64,000 nucleotides of DNA, from positions 2,528,001 through 2,592,000 of the forward strand of contig OY969696.1 in NCBI GenBank assembly GCA_963702005.1, given 5' to 3'. Both the position numbers and the translations under genes were made by a program. The DNA comes from Candidatus Aminicenantes bacterium. Its GTDB lineage: Bacteria > Acidobacteriota > Aminicenantia > Aminicenantales > JAFGBC01. Each line of letters opens with the position of its first letter. Position 1 is the stretch's first letter. Positions 43,870 through 53,400 of this stretch are shown here, piece by piece. The notes below the pieces were generated by a model. It made no database searches and was not told where the DNA came from. It worked only from the letters and a program-made list of their open reading frames with translations.

Positions 43870-44215
43870 GCTTCTCGGCCAGCTGCCCCGCGTTCGAGCC
43901 CCTCTCGGGTTCGAGGGCCGGGTCTTAGCCCGGCTTGCGGAGAGGAAGGAGCACAGGCTTCGGCGCATCAAGGCCGTCCGACTCTCGCTGGCTGGGGCGT
44001 CCGCCTTTCTCCTGGTCGGCTTCGTCGTCACCCGCCTCTTCATCCTGCCCGGGACCGGCCCTGTCGTCTCGGCGGAAGGGAAGAAAGGACACTTTATCCC
44101 CATCAACGAACCCGTCGACTATTCCCGGGAGGTCCGAGATGTGTCCCGGGATAGCGAGACGATTTATATATTGGAGCAGGTCTCGGATATCACCACAGCG
44201 GACATCACATATTAA
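43856..44215 (+). CDS. Putative single-TM anti-sigma factor
   Basis: Overlaps the sigma stop codon; LP.VRAP.GFE.RV motif followed by a TM segment. Confidence 0.7.
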   Translation: MDELKLLGQLPRVRAPLGFEGRVLARLAERKEHRLRRIKAVRLSLAGASAFLLVGFVVTRLFILPGTGPVVSAEGKKGHFIPINEPVDYSREVRDVSRDSETIYILEQVSDITTADITY

Positions 44216-44228
44216 GGAGGATTCCAGC

Positions 44229-45836
44229 ATGTCCAAGACCACAATCAAATTCATGGCCCTTATGGGCGTCGTGCCGTTCCTCGTCGGACAGGTGGTTGCG
44301 GCCCCCCGTACGACGGCGGCCGGGTCGGCCTCCGACGAGGTCCGGATCGAGGACGTGACCCGGACCGTCATGCCTTCGGTCGTCAAGATCGAGGTCGGCC
44401 TCAAAAGCAAGAAGGGGATCCGCAAGATCGCGACCGGCGTCGTCATCGACAAGGACGGCTCGATCGCGACGACGGCCCTCCTCTCGCCCCGCGACGAAAC
44501 GGTCACGATCATGACCGCCGACGGGAAGGAGATGGAAGCCGAGTTCCTGGGCATGGACCCCGAAACCCGGCTGGCCGTCGTGCGGGCCAAGGACAAGGGG
44601 CTGGCGCCCCTCGCCCTGGCCGATCCGGCCAAGCTCGGTCCCGGCTCTTGGATCGGGGTCGTCTCGTTCTCGCCCGAGAACACGCCTTCGGTGACTCAGG
44701 GCATCGTCAGTTCGGTCTCGGCCGATAGACTCCGGCTCAATGTCTGGGTCGTACCGGGGAGTTCCGGCAGCCCGGTCGTCAACGCCCAAGGCCAAATGGT
44801 CGGGCTGCTTAGGGGGAGCTACGCGGATACCCTGCCCCTGGTCTTTCAGTTTCAGGAGAAAGAGGTCGTCGGGTCCGGCTACGCCTGGAGTCAGGGCGAA
44901 GCCCCCGCCTCCGGCATGGCCATGGCCATTCCCTCCGATATCGTCAAGTTCATTACGGACGAGATCCGGACTAAAGGAAAGGTCGAGCGGGGCTGGATGG
45001 GCGTCTCGATCGCCGAGAACGAGGACGGACGGACCGAGATCGTTTCCGTCGAGAAAGACAGCCCGGCGGAACTGTCCAAGCTGCAGAAGGGCGACATCGT
45101 GCTCTCCATGGACGGGAAAGAGGTCAAAAACAGCCCGTCCCTCGCCTCCGAGATCCGCAAGCGGAAGCCCGGCCAGGACGTCGCCGTGAAAGTCGAGAGA
45201 GACGGGAAGACGGTCGAGGCGCGGGTCAAACTGGGCGAATACCCCGAGTCCGAGGCGCGCCGCGAGCTCGAGTTGACCTTCCCCAGGCTCTTTGCTCCCG
45301 ACGCCGAATCCAAGCTTCTGTTCACCCAGCGCGCTAAGAGTTTTCCCGACCTGGGCCGCGTTTTCGCCATGGCCAATCGGAAATACATCGGCGTCTACCT
45401 CGATGAGCTCACGCCCGAGCTTTCCGAGCACTTCGGGCTCAAGGAGGGAACGGGTCTGCTCGTCACCAAGTTCGCCGAGAAGAGCCCGGCTCGAGAAGCC
45501 GGCCTCAAGGTCGGGGACGTCGTCTTCAAGGTCGACGGCGTCCGCGTCGAAACGGTCGCCAAGCTCAGCGAAGTCATCCAGGCTAAGACGAAAGGCGACA
45601 AGGTTAAGGTCGAATTCCTCCGCGACAAGAAAGCCCTCAGCCTCGACATCGCCGTCGGCGAGGAGGAGAGGACGGGCTTCTTCGAGAGCACGCCCGAAAT
45701 GTCCGGCGACTTGTTGAGCTCTTATTCCTGGAGTTCTCGGCCCGAGGAGACCGCGCGGGCGACCCCGCCCGAAACTCCGGTTATTTCGGGGTGGACGACC
45801 CTGGCCTCGGGAACGCGCAGCGTTTTCTGGATTTAA
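44229..45836 (+). CDS. DegP/HtrA-like trypsin + two PDZ domains (catalytic His apparently lost)
   Basis: Signal peptide, [50 protein letters not shown]. Confidence 0.85.
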   Translation: MSKTTIKFMALMGVVPFLVGQVVAAPRTTAAGSASDEVRIEDVTRTVMPSVVKIEVGLKSKKGIRKIATGVVIDKDGSIATTALLSPRDETVTIMTADGKEMEAEFLGMDPETRLAVVRAKDKGLAPLALADPAKLGPGSWIGVVSFSPENTPSVTQGIVSSVSADRLRLNVWVVPGSSGSPVVNAQGQMVGLLRGSYADTLPLVFQFQEKEVVGSGYAWSQGEAPASGMAMAIPSDIVKFITDEIRTKGKVERGWMGVSIAENEDGRTEIVSVEKDSPAELSKLQKGDIVLSMDGKEVKNSPSLASEIRKRKPGQDVAVKVERDGKTVEARVKLGEYPESEARRELELTFPRLFAPDAESKLLFTQRAKSFPDLGRVFAMANRKYIGVYLDELTPELSEHFGLKEGTGLLVTKFAEKSPAREAGLKVGDVVFKVDGVRVETVAKLSEVIQAKTKGDKVKVEFLRDKKALSLDIAVGEEERTGFFESTPEMSGDLLSSYSWSSRPEETARATPPETPVISGWTTLASGTRSVFWI

Positions 45837-46002
45837 CGCGGGCAGCCCTGCACCGCCCGGCGGAAGCCGCCGAGCAGTACAGGACCTGCTCCTATGTCCA
45901 TCTCTCGGGGGAGGTGGGGAGAGCGATCTCCCGCCTCCCCTCACTTTTTCTCCCTGACGAAACCCGTCTTGACTTCTATTCGGTCCCACACCTAAAATGA
46001 AA

Positions 46003-46114
46003 TCACCCGTTCGCCGACGCGAAGCCCCGCCCTTCAGGGCGGAGACGAGAAGCGTGGCTCAGGGTTAAACCTGATCAAGCTCCGGCATTCATGCCGGGGA
46101 GTCGAGGGTTTGAC
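46003..46114 (+). mobile_element. Non-autonomous palindromic element, copy C, in the leader of the PAS kinase gene
   Basis: TCAC|CCGTTCGCCGACGCGAAGCCCCGCCCTTCAGGGCGGAG...TCCGGCATTCATGCCGGGGAGTCGAGGGTTTGAC; same length as copy B. Confidence 0.88.
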
Positions 46115-46232
46115 AAGGAGAAGAGAAGATCGCGAGGGACCCTCTTGGGAAGACGGGTTCAAGAAATTATCTCCGAGTCCAGGCCTTTTTTTGCGTGGGG
46201 CTGAGTTCGGCATTCTAGGGCGAGAGTTGCGC

Positions 46233-48122
46233 ATGTCAGAGCGGAGAGCGATCAGGGGCATCCCGAAGAAGGGGAAGGCTCGGGTTCGTGTCCGGCCGGC
46301 GCGCCGGGCCATTCTTCCCGACGGCGAGAAACAGGTCCAAAGCATCCTGATGAGCTCTCCGATTCCCTGTTTTATCATCGACCGCGAGCATCGCGTCCGG
46401 TATTGGAACCGTGCTTTGGCCGTGCTGAGCCAAATGGCCCCGGCCGAGGTCATCGGAACCCATCAACATTGGAAGGCCTTTTACAGGTCGAAACGCCCCT
46501 GCCTGGCCGACCTCCTCGTCGACGGAGATCACAAGGCGATCCGCCGCTGGTACGGGAAGAAGGGCAGCAAGTCCGGCCTGATCAAGGAAGGTTATGTCGC
46601 CACCGACTTCTTCCCCGACCTGGGCCGCGAGGGCCGATGGCTCCATTTCACGGCCGCCGCCATCCGGGATTCGGTGGGAGTCCTAATCGGAGCAATTGAA
46701 ACGCTCGAAGACATCACCGATCTCAAGAAGGCCGAAGAGGCGCTCCTTGAGTCGGAGGAGAAATACCGAACGCTCGTCGAGAACGTCAGCGAGATCATCT
46801 TCAGCGTCGACGTCGAAGGGCGCATCACCTACATCAGCCAACAGGTCGAGAGCGCAACCGGCTACAAACCCAAACAGATCATCGGCCGGCATTTCGGGCA
46901 GTTCGTCCATCCCGAGGACCTGCCCGGATTGAGCGAGAGCTTCCGGCTCAGCCTGGCCGGACATCTCAAATCCTTTGATTTCAGGGTGCTGGGCAAAGGC
47001 GGACGGATCGTCCATGCCCAGGTCTCCAGCCGTCCCATTATCGAGGGGGATCGGGCCGTGGGCCTTCACGGAGTCATTACGGACATCACCGAGCGGAAGC
47101 GTGTGGAACATGAGTTGCGGGACTCGGAGATGAAGTTCCGGGGGCTTTTCGAACATGTCTTCGACGGCGTCTATCAAACCAAACCCGACGGCACCTTCCT
47201 GACGACGAATCCCGCCCTGATCACGATGCTGGGCTATAAATCCGAGGAAGAGCTGTTGGCCCTCAACGTCGCCAGCTTATACGCGAATCCCCGGGACCGC
47301 GAGGTCATGAAAAAGAAGCTCGAAACGGAAGGGGAGCTTCACGGCTACGAGCTGCTCCTGAAGCGCAAGGACGGCCGCCTCATCAACGTCATTCAAAACG
47401 CTTACACCATCAAGGACGGGCGGGGCCGGGTCGCCTACTACGAGGGGACGCTGACCGATGTTACGGCGCTCAAGCAGATCGAAGCCGAGGTCAAGGCCAA
47501 GTTGAAGGAAAAGGACATCATGCTCCAGGAGATCAACCACCGGGTCAAGAACAACCTCCAAATCATCTCGAGCCTGCTCCGCCTCCAATATGATCGCGTC
47601 CTTCATCCCGAGGCCAAGGATATTTTAAGGGGGAGCCTGAACAGAGTTCGGGCGATGGCCCTCACCCACGAAAAACTCTATAAATCCGAGGACCTATCCA
47701 GGATCGATCTCAACGACTACCTGAAAAGTCTGACGACCCACCTGCTGGCCCTCTACGCCGAAGGGGGAGAGAACATCAAGATCCGCATCGAGGCCGAGGG
47801 CGTCTTCCTGGACATCACCCAGGCCAACCCCTGCGGGCTGCTGATCAACGAGCTGGTCACCAACGCGATCCGCCACGCTTTCGACCCCGGCCAGAAGGGG
47901 GAGATCCGCATCGCCGCCGCGCGGGAGCGCGCCGACTGGCTCCGGATCGTCGTCAGAGATACGGGCCGGGGCCTGCCCGGGACGATCGATATCAGAAAGA
48001 CGCACACCCTGGGGATGCAGATCGTCATGGGGCTGATCGACCAGCTCGAAGGGACGATCGAGATGAGGGCCGAGCCGGGCCGCGGGACCGAGTTTGTTAT
48101 TCGGATCCCAGCCAATCTTTGA
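46233..48122 (+). CDS. Cytoplasmic multi-PAS sensor histidine kinase (HisKA_2 type)
   Basis: Three PAS domains, EINHRVKNNLQIISSLL, NELVTNA.RHAF, DTGRG. Confidence 0.93.
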   Translation: MSERRAIRGIPKKGKARVRVRPARRAILPDGEKQVQSILMSSPIPCFIIDREHRVRYWNRALAVLSQMAPAEVIGTHQHWKAFYRSKRPCLADLLVDGDHKAIRRWYGKKGSKSGLIKEGYVATDFFPDLGREGRWLHFTAAAIRDSVGVLIGAIETLEDITDLKKAEEALLESEEKYRTLVENVSEIIFSVDVEGRITYISQQVESATGYKPKQIIGRHFGQFVHPEDLPGLSESFRLSLAGHLKSFDFRVLGKGGRIVHAQVSSRPIIEGDRAVGLHGVITDITERKRVEHELRDSEMKFRGLFEHVFDGVYQTKPDGTFLTTNPALITMLGYKSEEELLALNVASLYANPRDREVMKKKLETEGELHGYELLLKRKDGRLINVIQNAYTIKDGRGRVAYYEGTLTDVTALKQIEAEVKAKLKEKDIMLQEINHRVKNNLQIISSLLRLQYDRVLHPEAKDILRGSLNRVRAMALTHEKLYKSEDLSRIDLNDYLKSLTTHLLALYAEGGENIKIRIEAEGVFLDITQANPCGLLINELVTNAIRHAFDPGQKGEIRIAAARERADWLRIVVRDTGRGLPGTIDIRKTHTLGMQIVMGLIDQLEGTIEMRAEPGRGTEFVIRIPANL

Positions 48123-48681
48123 GGAGCTCGGTGTACTGGACCGGGGAGAGCCGTCTCCGGCCGTAGAGACCCTTCGACCAGCGCTGGTGGAACGCTTCGT
48201 AGAGGATGATTCCGGCCGAAACGGACAGGTTGAGGCTCTGGACCATGCCGACCATCGGGATCCGGATTTTGAGGTCGGCCAGGGCAAGGGCCTCGGCTGA
48301 GACGCCCTCCCCTTCGCTCCCGAAGACGAGGGCGATCGGCTGCGTATAATCGACCTCCCGGTAGGGAACGGCATTCTCGCTCAAGTCGGTCGCGGCGATC
48401 AAACAGCCCTCGGCCTTAAGCTTCGTCAGGCACTCGGTCGCCGAGGCATGAACGTTGAAAAGAATCCATTTGTCGGCCCGGGTCGAGATGGCCTTGTTGA
48501 AGACGAGGATGTCCGGGTTGGGGGAGATGATGTCCAAGGTCAGGACGCCCGCGGCGTCGCAGGTCCGAATAACGGCGCTTGCGTTGTGGGCGATGGCGAC
48601 GCCCTCCAGGACGACGCGGAGGTCCGGCTGGCGGCGGTCGAGGACGCCGCTGACCCGCTGGACTCGGCGTTCGGTGGGCAC
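48097..48681 (-). CDS. trmH: tRNA (guanosine(18)-2'-O)-methyltransferase, SpoU family
   Basis: HNASAVIRTCDA, LVFGSEGEG, IPMVGMVQSLNLSV. Confidence 0.9.
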   Translation of the reverse strand: MPTERRVQRVSGVLDRRQPDLRVVLEGVAIAHNASAVIRTCDAAGVLTLDIISPNPDILVFNKAISTRADKWILFNVHASATECLTKLKAEGCLIAATDLSENAVPYREVDYTQPIALVFGSEGEGVSAEALALADLKIRIPMVGMVQSLNLSVSAGIILYEAFHQRWSKGLYGRRRLSPVQYTELLKDWLGSE

Positions 48682-48713
48682 GGGCCCATCATAGCAGACA
48701 CGGCTCAGGGGCT

Positions 48714-49265
48714 TCAACCTAGAAGAACCATCTTGGCTAGGAGGAGGAGGCCGACGGCGGCCGTCCCGGCTAAGGCCCTATATTCTTTGTTCCTGAGGTA
48801 CAGGCCCCAGCTGAACGCGACCTGGGAAGGGCCGGGGCGCCGTAGGGCCGGGAAAAATAAGGGGACTCGGCGGCGATAGTCGGCGTAGCCGTCGGGGAAA
48901 AGCTCCTTCATACGACGCCTTTCCTTAGCGATCGTCACGCTGTAGAAAACGAGAAAATAAGCCGCGAAGACGGCCAGGGCCGGCCAGGACCAGGCTCCAA
49001 TCGCAAGCCCGATTCCGAGGAGGAAGTTCCCCAGGTAGAGCGGATTCCGGGTCAATCCGTAAGGACCCGAAGTCGCCAGCTCCTTGTCCTTTTTAAGATA
49101 TCCCGAAGCCCAAGCGCGAATGAGAAGACCGCTGAGGCCGATAACGACGAAGGCCAGGAGGGAACGAGTATTGGGCGCGGCGAAGACGAGGGTCAGGATC
49201 AAGGCCGCCAATCCCGCCCGGACCCGGCACCGACAGATGAGCCGTTCGAATCTGCGCTCAGGCAT
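48714..49265 (-). CDS. ICMT/PEMT family membrane methyltransferase
   Basis: LATSGPYGLTRNPLYLGN, Y..YRRRVPLFFP. Confidence 0.88.
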   Translation of the reverse strand: MPERRFERLICRCRVRAGLAALILTLVFAAPNTRSLLAFVVIGLSGLLIRAWASGYLKKDKELATSGPYGLTRNPLYLGNFLLGIGLAIGAWSWPALAVFAAYFLVFYSVTIAKERRRMKELFPDGYADYRRRVPLFFPALRRPGPSQVAFSWGLYLRNKEYRALAGTAAVGLLLLAKMVLLG

Positions 49266-50244
49266 CGAGGCCGAGCCTTTCCAGGGCGAGCGAAGCCACG
49301 TCCTCCGAAGTTAGAATTTCGAGACAGCGGAGGTTTCGACACTCCCTCCGGTAGCAGAGGCTGCACTCCAAGCGTCGAAAGGCGACTCGGTCTTCGGGGC
49401 GGAAAGGGCCGTTGCGGGCCGGGTTGGTCGGTCCGAAGATCCCGACCACGGGCACGGACAGGGCGCAAGCGGCCTGGAGGGCGAACGTGTCGCCGCTGAT
49501 GAGAAGCGAGGCTGTCCGGATCAAAGCCATGACCTCGGGAAGAGTCAGATAGGGAACGAGCGGAACACCGGCCGCCCGGCCGACCGCGTCGGCGATCGTC
49601 TTTTCGTCCGCGTTTCCCCAAAGCAGGAGCACGGGCAGCCCCCGGGCTTTCAGCCGTTCGGCAACCCCGATCCATTTTTCCGGCCGCCAGCGCTTGCTCG
49701 CCCAGGCCGCCCCAGTGTTCAGAAGGACAAACGGACGGCCGGCGCGGAGGCCCAGCCCCCCGATCAAGGAGGAGATTTTGGCCGTGAGGGCGCGGGGAAA
49801 GACCAGGGGGAAATCGATGCGGTCGTCGTCGATCCCGATCGCTCTGAGCAGCCTCAGGTTCTTGAGGATGACGTGATCCTCTTCGGAGAGGGGATCGAGC
49901 CGCTCCGTGTAAAAAAGGCCCGCCAGAGGCTCCTTGAGGTTGACTCGGCTGAAACCGATCCGCCTTCGGCTGCGGGAGAGCCGGGAGATATAAGCCGACT
50001 TCAACAAGCCCTGGAAGTCCAGCGCGACCTGGTCCTTAAGCCGGACGCGGGTCCGCCAGCCGGGGCTTCCCAGGACGATGACCTCGTCGATCCCCGGGAC
50101 CAGGTCGAGGATAGCCCGGCCGCTCTTCCCGACGATCCAGGCGACCCGGGCCTTGGGCCGGTGGCGGCGCAAGGCGGCGAAGGCGGGCAACGTATGGATG
50201 ATATCTCCCAGCGAGCTGAGGCGGATGACGAGGTAGCTCTCCAT
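49258..50244 (-). CDS. waaC: LPS heptosyltransferase I-like (GT9)
   Basis: IRLSSLGDIIHTLP, DFQGLLKSA, ISGDT, IFGPT. Confidence 0.85.
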   Translation of the reverse strand: MESYLVIRLSSLGDIIHTLPAFAALRRHRPKARVAWIVGKSGRAILDLVPGIDEVIVLGSPGWRTRVRLKDQVALDFQGLLKSAYISRLSRSRRRIGFSRVNLKEPLAGLFYTERLDPLSEEDHVILKNLRLLRAIGIDDDRIDFPLVFPRALTAKISSLIGGLGLRAGRPFVLLNTGAAWASKRWRPEKWIGVAERLKARGLPVLLLWGNADEKTIADAVGRAAGVPLVPYLTLPEVMALIRTASLLISGDTFALQAACALSVPVVGIFGPTNPARNGPFRPEDRVAFRRLECSLCYRRECRNLRCLEILTSEDVASLALERLGLDA

Positions 50245-50247
50245 GCG

Positions 50248-50733
50248 TCAGCCCTTCCCGCCGGAAGCGATCCGCCCGATGATGTCCGTCGCGTTTCTGA
50301 TCTTGGGGCCGCCCGCAATGGCGATCCTGCCGCCATAGGCCTTGACCGTCGCCCGCTCCGGGACGGTTGCCCGGGTATAGTCGGATCCCTTGGCGTGGAC
50401 GTCCGGCTTGAGGGTGAGGAGGACCCTTTCGACATTGGGCTCATTAAAGATCGTGATGTAATCGACGGCGGACAAGGCGCTCAGGATCTCGGCGCGTTCG
50501 AGCTCGGAGAGAATCGGCCGGCCCCGGCCTTTGAGACGGCGGACCGAGGCGTCGCTGTTGAGGGCGACGACGAGGATGTCGCCCCGGCGCCGAGCGTCCT
50601 CGAGATAACGGACGTGCCCGGCATGGATGAGGTCGAAACAGCCGTTGGCCAGGATGATACGCAGGCCTTTTTTCTTGCAACGATCAACGATCCGGCTGAG
50701 CTCTTGCAGGGTTTTAAGTTTCTTCGGCTTCAA
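50248..50733 (-). CDS. rfaE2: Heptose 1-phosphate adenylyltransferase (RfaE domain II)
   Basis: ANGCFDLIHAGHVRYL, LNSDASVRRLKG.GRP, KGSDY. Confidence 0.92.
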   Translation of the reverse strand: MKPKKLKTLQELSRIVDRCKKKGLRIILANGCFDLIHAGHVRYLEDARRRGDILVVALNSDASVRRLKGRGRPILSELERAEILSALSAVDYITIFNEPNVERVLLTLKPDVHAKGSDYTRATVPERATVKAYGGRIAIAGGPKIRNATDIIGRIASGGKG

Positions 50734-51731
50734 GAGCGTATTGCGCCTCGGAGTTCGTCGGGGGACACGGTCGCCGTCCCTTTTTTCATGACGACGAGGC
50801 CGCCCGCGGCGTTGGCGAGGAGGGCGGCATGCCGGAAGCTCGCCCCGGCGGCCAGGGACAGGGTGAAAACGCTGATGACCGTGTCGCCGGCGCCGGTGAC
50901 GTCCACGATATCGGTCGTGCCCCGGACGGGGATGAATAGGGCGGGCTTTCCTTTCTCGAAGAGAGCCATCCCTTTCGACCCGCGCGTAATGAGCAGGGCG
51001 GGGGAGCGGAGCCTGTCGAGAAGGAGCCTGCCCGCGTTCCGAACCGAGGACGGGTCGTCCCCGACCGGACGATTCAGGGCGGCTTCGACCTCGGGCTCGT
51101 TGGGAGTCGCGGCCGTGACGCCGGGGAAACGGAGGAGGCGGAAGCGGGAGTCGAGAAGAACGGCCCGGCCGGCCCGCTTAAAAGCGGAAAGGGCCGACTT
51201 GAACACGTCCTCCTGGACCGTCCGGTAGTTATAATCGGAGATGATGAGGGCGCCGCAGCTCCCGGCCAGTCCGCGCAACGAGGCTGCGAGCTTCCGCTTC
51301 AAAGCGGCGGCGTCCGGGACATAGGCTTCGCGGTCGATCCTCAGGATTTGTTGTTTTCGGGTGTTGTCCTCGCCGGCCAGGATTCGGGTTTTGATCGGCG
51401 TCGCACAGGCTTTATCGCGGGAAAGGCAGGAGGCGGAGATGTGTTGGCTCTTAAGGAGCGCAAGAATCTGGGAGGCGGCTTCGTCGTCGCCGAGGACTCC
51501 GACCGGGATCGGGTTCGCGCCCAGGGCCTTGAGGTTCTGGAGGGTGTTTCCGGCTCCCCCGAGCAGATACTCCCGTTTCCGGAAGGAAAGGATAAGGACG
51601 GGCGCTTCCCTAGAAATACGGCGGGTGCTTCCGTAAACATATTCGTCCAGAATGTAATCGCCCCAGACGGCGATCTTGCGGCCGCGAAATCCGTCGATGA
51701 TGGAGAGGAGGACATCCTTATCGTATGTCAT
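50730..51731 (-). CDS. rfaE1: Heptose 7-phosphate kinase (RfaE domain I, PfkB family)
   Basis: RISREAPV, ISDY, TPNEPE, DVTGAGDTV. Confidence 0.92.
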   Translation of the reverse strand: MTYDKDVLLSIIDGFRGRKIAVWGDYILDEYVYGSTRRISREAPVLILSFRKREYLLGGAGNTLQNLKALGANPIPVGVLGDDEAASQILALLKSQHISASCLSRDKACATPIKTRILAGEDNTRKQQILRIDREAYVPDAAALKRKLAASLRGLAGSCGALIISDYNYRTVQEDVFKSALSAFKRAGRAVLLDSRFRLLRFPGVTAATPNEPEVEAALNRPVGDDPSSVRNAGRLLLDRLRSPALLITRGSKGMALFEKGKPALFIPVRGTTDIVDVTGAGDTVISVFTLSLAAGASFRHAALLANAAGGLVVMKKGTATVSPDELRGAIRS

Positions 51732-51869
51732 GGCCGATTAGAAAGAATATTTATCAGAAACGGCCTAAAAAGGCAAACAGGGACGGTCGACGTCAATACT
51801 TTCTGCACAATTACTTGTGCATTTTCATTTTAACGAAGGAAAGAAAACGGAAGACGTTATTGAAAGTAA

Positions 51870-52460
51870 AGATCCCCGCGGCAAGCCGCGGGGCATTAGG
51901 AGCGCAGCTTCAAGGCCAGCTGCGCAGGCCCTTGCTCCAGTTCTCGGTGACTGACGATGTACTTCGCGATCACATCCCTCGTCATCCGGTCTCCGACCGT
52001 CCTTGCGAAATATCCGTCCTCCCACACTTCCCCGCCCCATAGCTTCTTTTTCAAGCCCGCAAACTCGCGAAACAACCCCCTCCCACTCATGCTCTTTATG
52101 ATCCTGACGACCTCCCCGATCGATCGCGATGGCGGAAATGATACTAGCAAATGAATATGATCTTCGGTAATTTCCATCTCGATGATTTCAATATCGTACG
52201 ATTCGCAAATCTCTCCCATGATCTGTTTCGCTCGTTCCCGGACTTCCACCCGCTCGAATATCTTCTTCCGGTACTTCGGACACCAGACCAGATGGTAGGA
52301 CGTGTCGTAGACCGAATGACTCGTCCGTTTCAGCGTCACCCATATACTTTACCACACTCCCGAGCAAGGGCCTTTGTGGATAAGGGGGACTTTCCGGTCC
52401 CCCTGATCACCCCCTCGGCAAGGCATACATTCCACCCCGTGGCAAGCCACGGGGCAGCCT
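51870..52460 (-). mobile_element. IS200-type element (tnpA only, no tnpB); ends approximate
   Basis: Subterminal hairpins CCCCGCGG-CAAG-CCGCGGGG (51874-51893) and CCCCGTGG-CAAG-CCACGGGG (52435-52454) flank tnpA; extra hairpin at 52383-52404. Confidence 0.88.
51896..52339 (-). CDS. tnpA: IS200/IS605 family Y1 transposase
   Basis: YHLVWCPKYRK, EDHIHLL HUH motif, WEDGYF, KYI catalytic Tyr. Confidence 0.96.
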   Translation of the reverse strand: MTLKRTSHSVYDTSYHLVWCPKYRKKIFERVEVRERAKQIMGEICESYDIEIIEMEITEDHIHLLVSFPPSRSIGEVVRIIKSMSGRGLFREFAGLKKKLWGGEVWEDGYFARTVGDRMTRDVIAKYIVSHRELEQGPAQLALKLRS

Positions 52461-52509
52461 GTAAAGCTTTCGTGCAATCGGATTAGTATGATAATGAATT
52501 CCTGTCCGA

Positions 52510-53136
52510 TTATTTCACCTTGATGATGAAATTCACGGCGGCGTTCTTGGGCCTGGTTTCTTCTCCCGCGTTGAGCCGCGATTTGGTGTTATATCTTATC
52601 GCGCCTAATATATTCGCCTTCGCCGAGGTGGTGTTATATACATTCGTGCCTTGCCAGACCGACGTTCCTGATCCTGTATCAGCAATATCAACATACGCAG
52701 CCAAACCAGCGAAGGTGTGAATATGCTCCGTCTGGTCGTGCGTATGATTCTGCAGCGAATCTTCTTGCACGGACCCGACGCCCGTCGCGCTTCCGCCGGG
52801 CTTGGACGGCGCCCTCTTCTTGACGTCCGGGTCCCGGCCGCTCCCGGCGTCGTCGCCCCGCAGGAATCTTCCTCGGAGATCCGGCAGGTAGAACGTGTAG
52901 CCGCTCCCCCCCCAGCGTCTCCCGATAACCGCATAGAGGTCCTTATAAACAGCCGTGTTCATCGCCTTGCCGTCGCACAGCATCCAGCCTGCGGGAACCG
53001 ATTTTGCTTCTCCAGCCCAGGCGATGATCGTCCCCACCGGTAGCGAATCGCTGGCCGCCCTCGCCGGAGCCATGATTCCTACGGCGCCCACAGCCGACAA
53101 CATTGATAGAACGCCGGCCAATACTAAGTTCTTCAT
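52510..53136 (-). CDS. Signal-peptide tail-collar domain protein, array copy 1
   Basis: ARA cleavage site, PVGTIIAW, GWMLCDG, Y.DLYAVIG, F.LPDLRGRFLRG, HTH..HIH, ETRPKNAAVNFIIK. Confidence 0.92.
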   Translation of the reverse strand: MKNLVLAGVLSMLSAVGAVGIMAPARAASDSLPVGTIIAWAGEAKSVPAGWMLCDGKAMNTAVYKDLYAVIGRRWGGSGYTFYLPDLRGRFLRGDDAGSGRDPDVKKRAPSKPGGSATGVGSVQEDSLQNHTHDQTEHIHTFAGLAAYVDIADTGSGTSVWQGTNVYNTTSAKANILGAIRYNTKSRLNAGEETRPKNAAVNFIIKVK

Positions 53137-53246
53137 AGCTAGCCCTCCTTACAAAAACAGGATAAGCCGGATAAGGATTCCCATTTCAATCACGTCCGCC
53201 CGCAATCCACACTTCAGGTCGAATGCTCATCCTGCTTCTTGGGACA

Positions 53247-53275
53247 AAGATAAATCCCTGTCCTGGATATGTCAA
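53247..53275 (-). promoter_or_regulatory. Putative sigma70 promoter of array copy 1
   Basis: TTGACA-17bp-TATCTT. Confidence 0.7.
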
Positions 53276-53317
53276 GGATAGGGGAAGAGAGGTCGGGTTG
53301 CTCGGCGATCGTCCGCG

Positions 53318-53400
53318 GGGAGTCCGATGCGGTCAGGGAAGGCCCGGACCTATGCGGATCGGGCGCTTCCGATCACGAGCGGGACGGGCAAGCCCGAAGC
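53318..53400 (-). repeat. Conserved downstream spacer after copy 2, repeated at 54132-54213
   Basis: GCCCGGACCTATGCGGATCGGGCGCTTCCGATCACGAGCGGGACGGGCAAGCC is identical in both; contains a GATCGG/CCGATC hairpin. Confidence 0.9.

Noticed and set aside
45770-46000. Frameshifted C-terminal extension of the HtrA-like gene
   Set aside because: An alternative open frame exists but has no recognisable motif; cannot be supported without homolog alignment
51870-52460. TnpB/IscB RNA-guided system with the IS200 element
   Set aside because: Both subterminal hairpins tightly flank tnpA; no room for or trace of a nuclease gene
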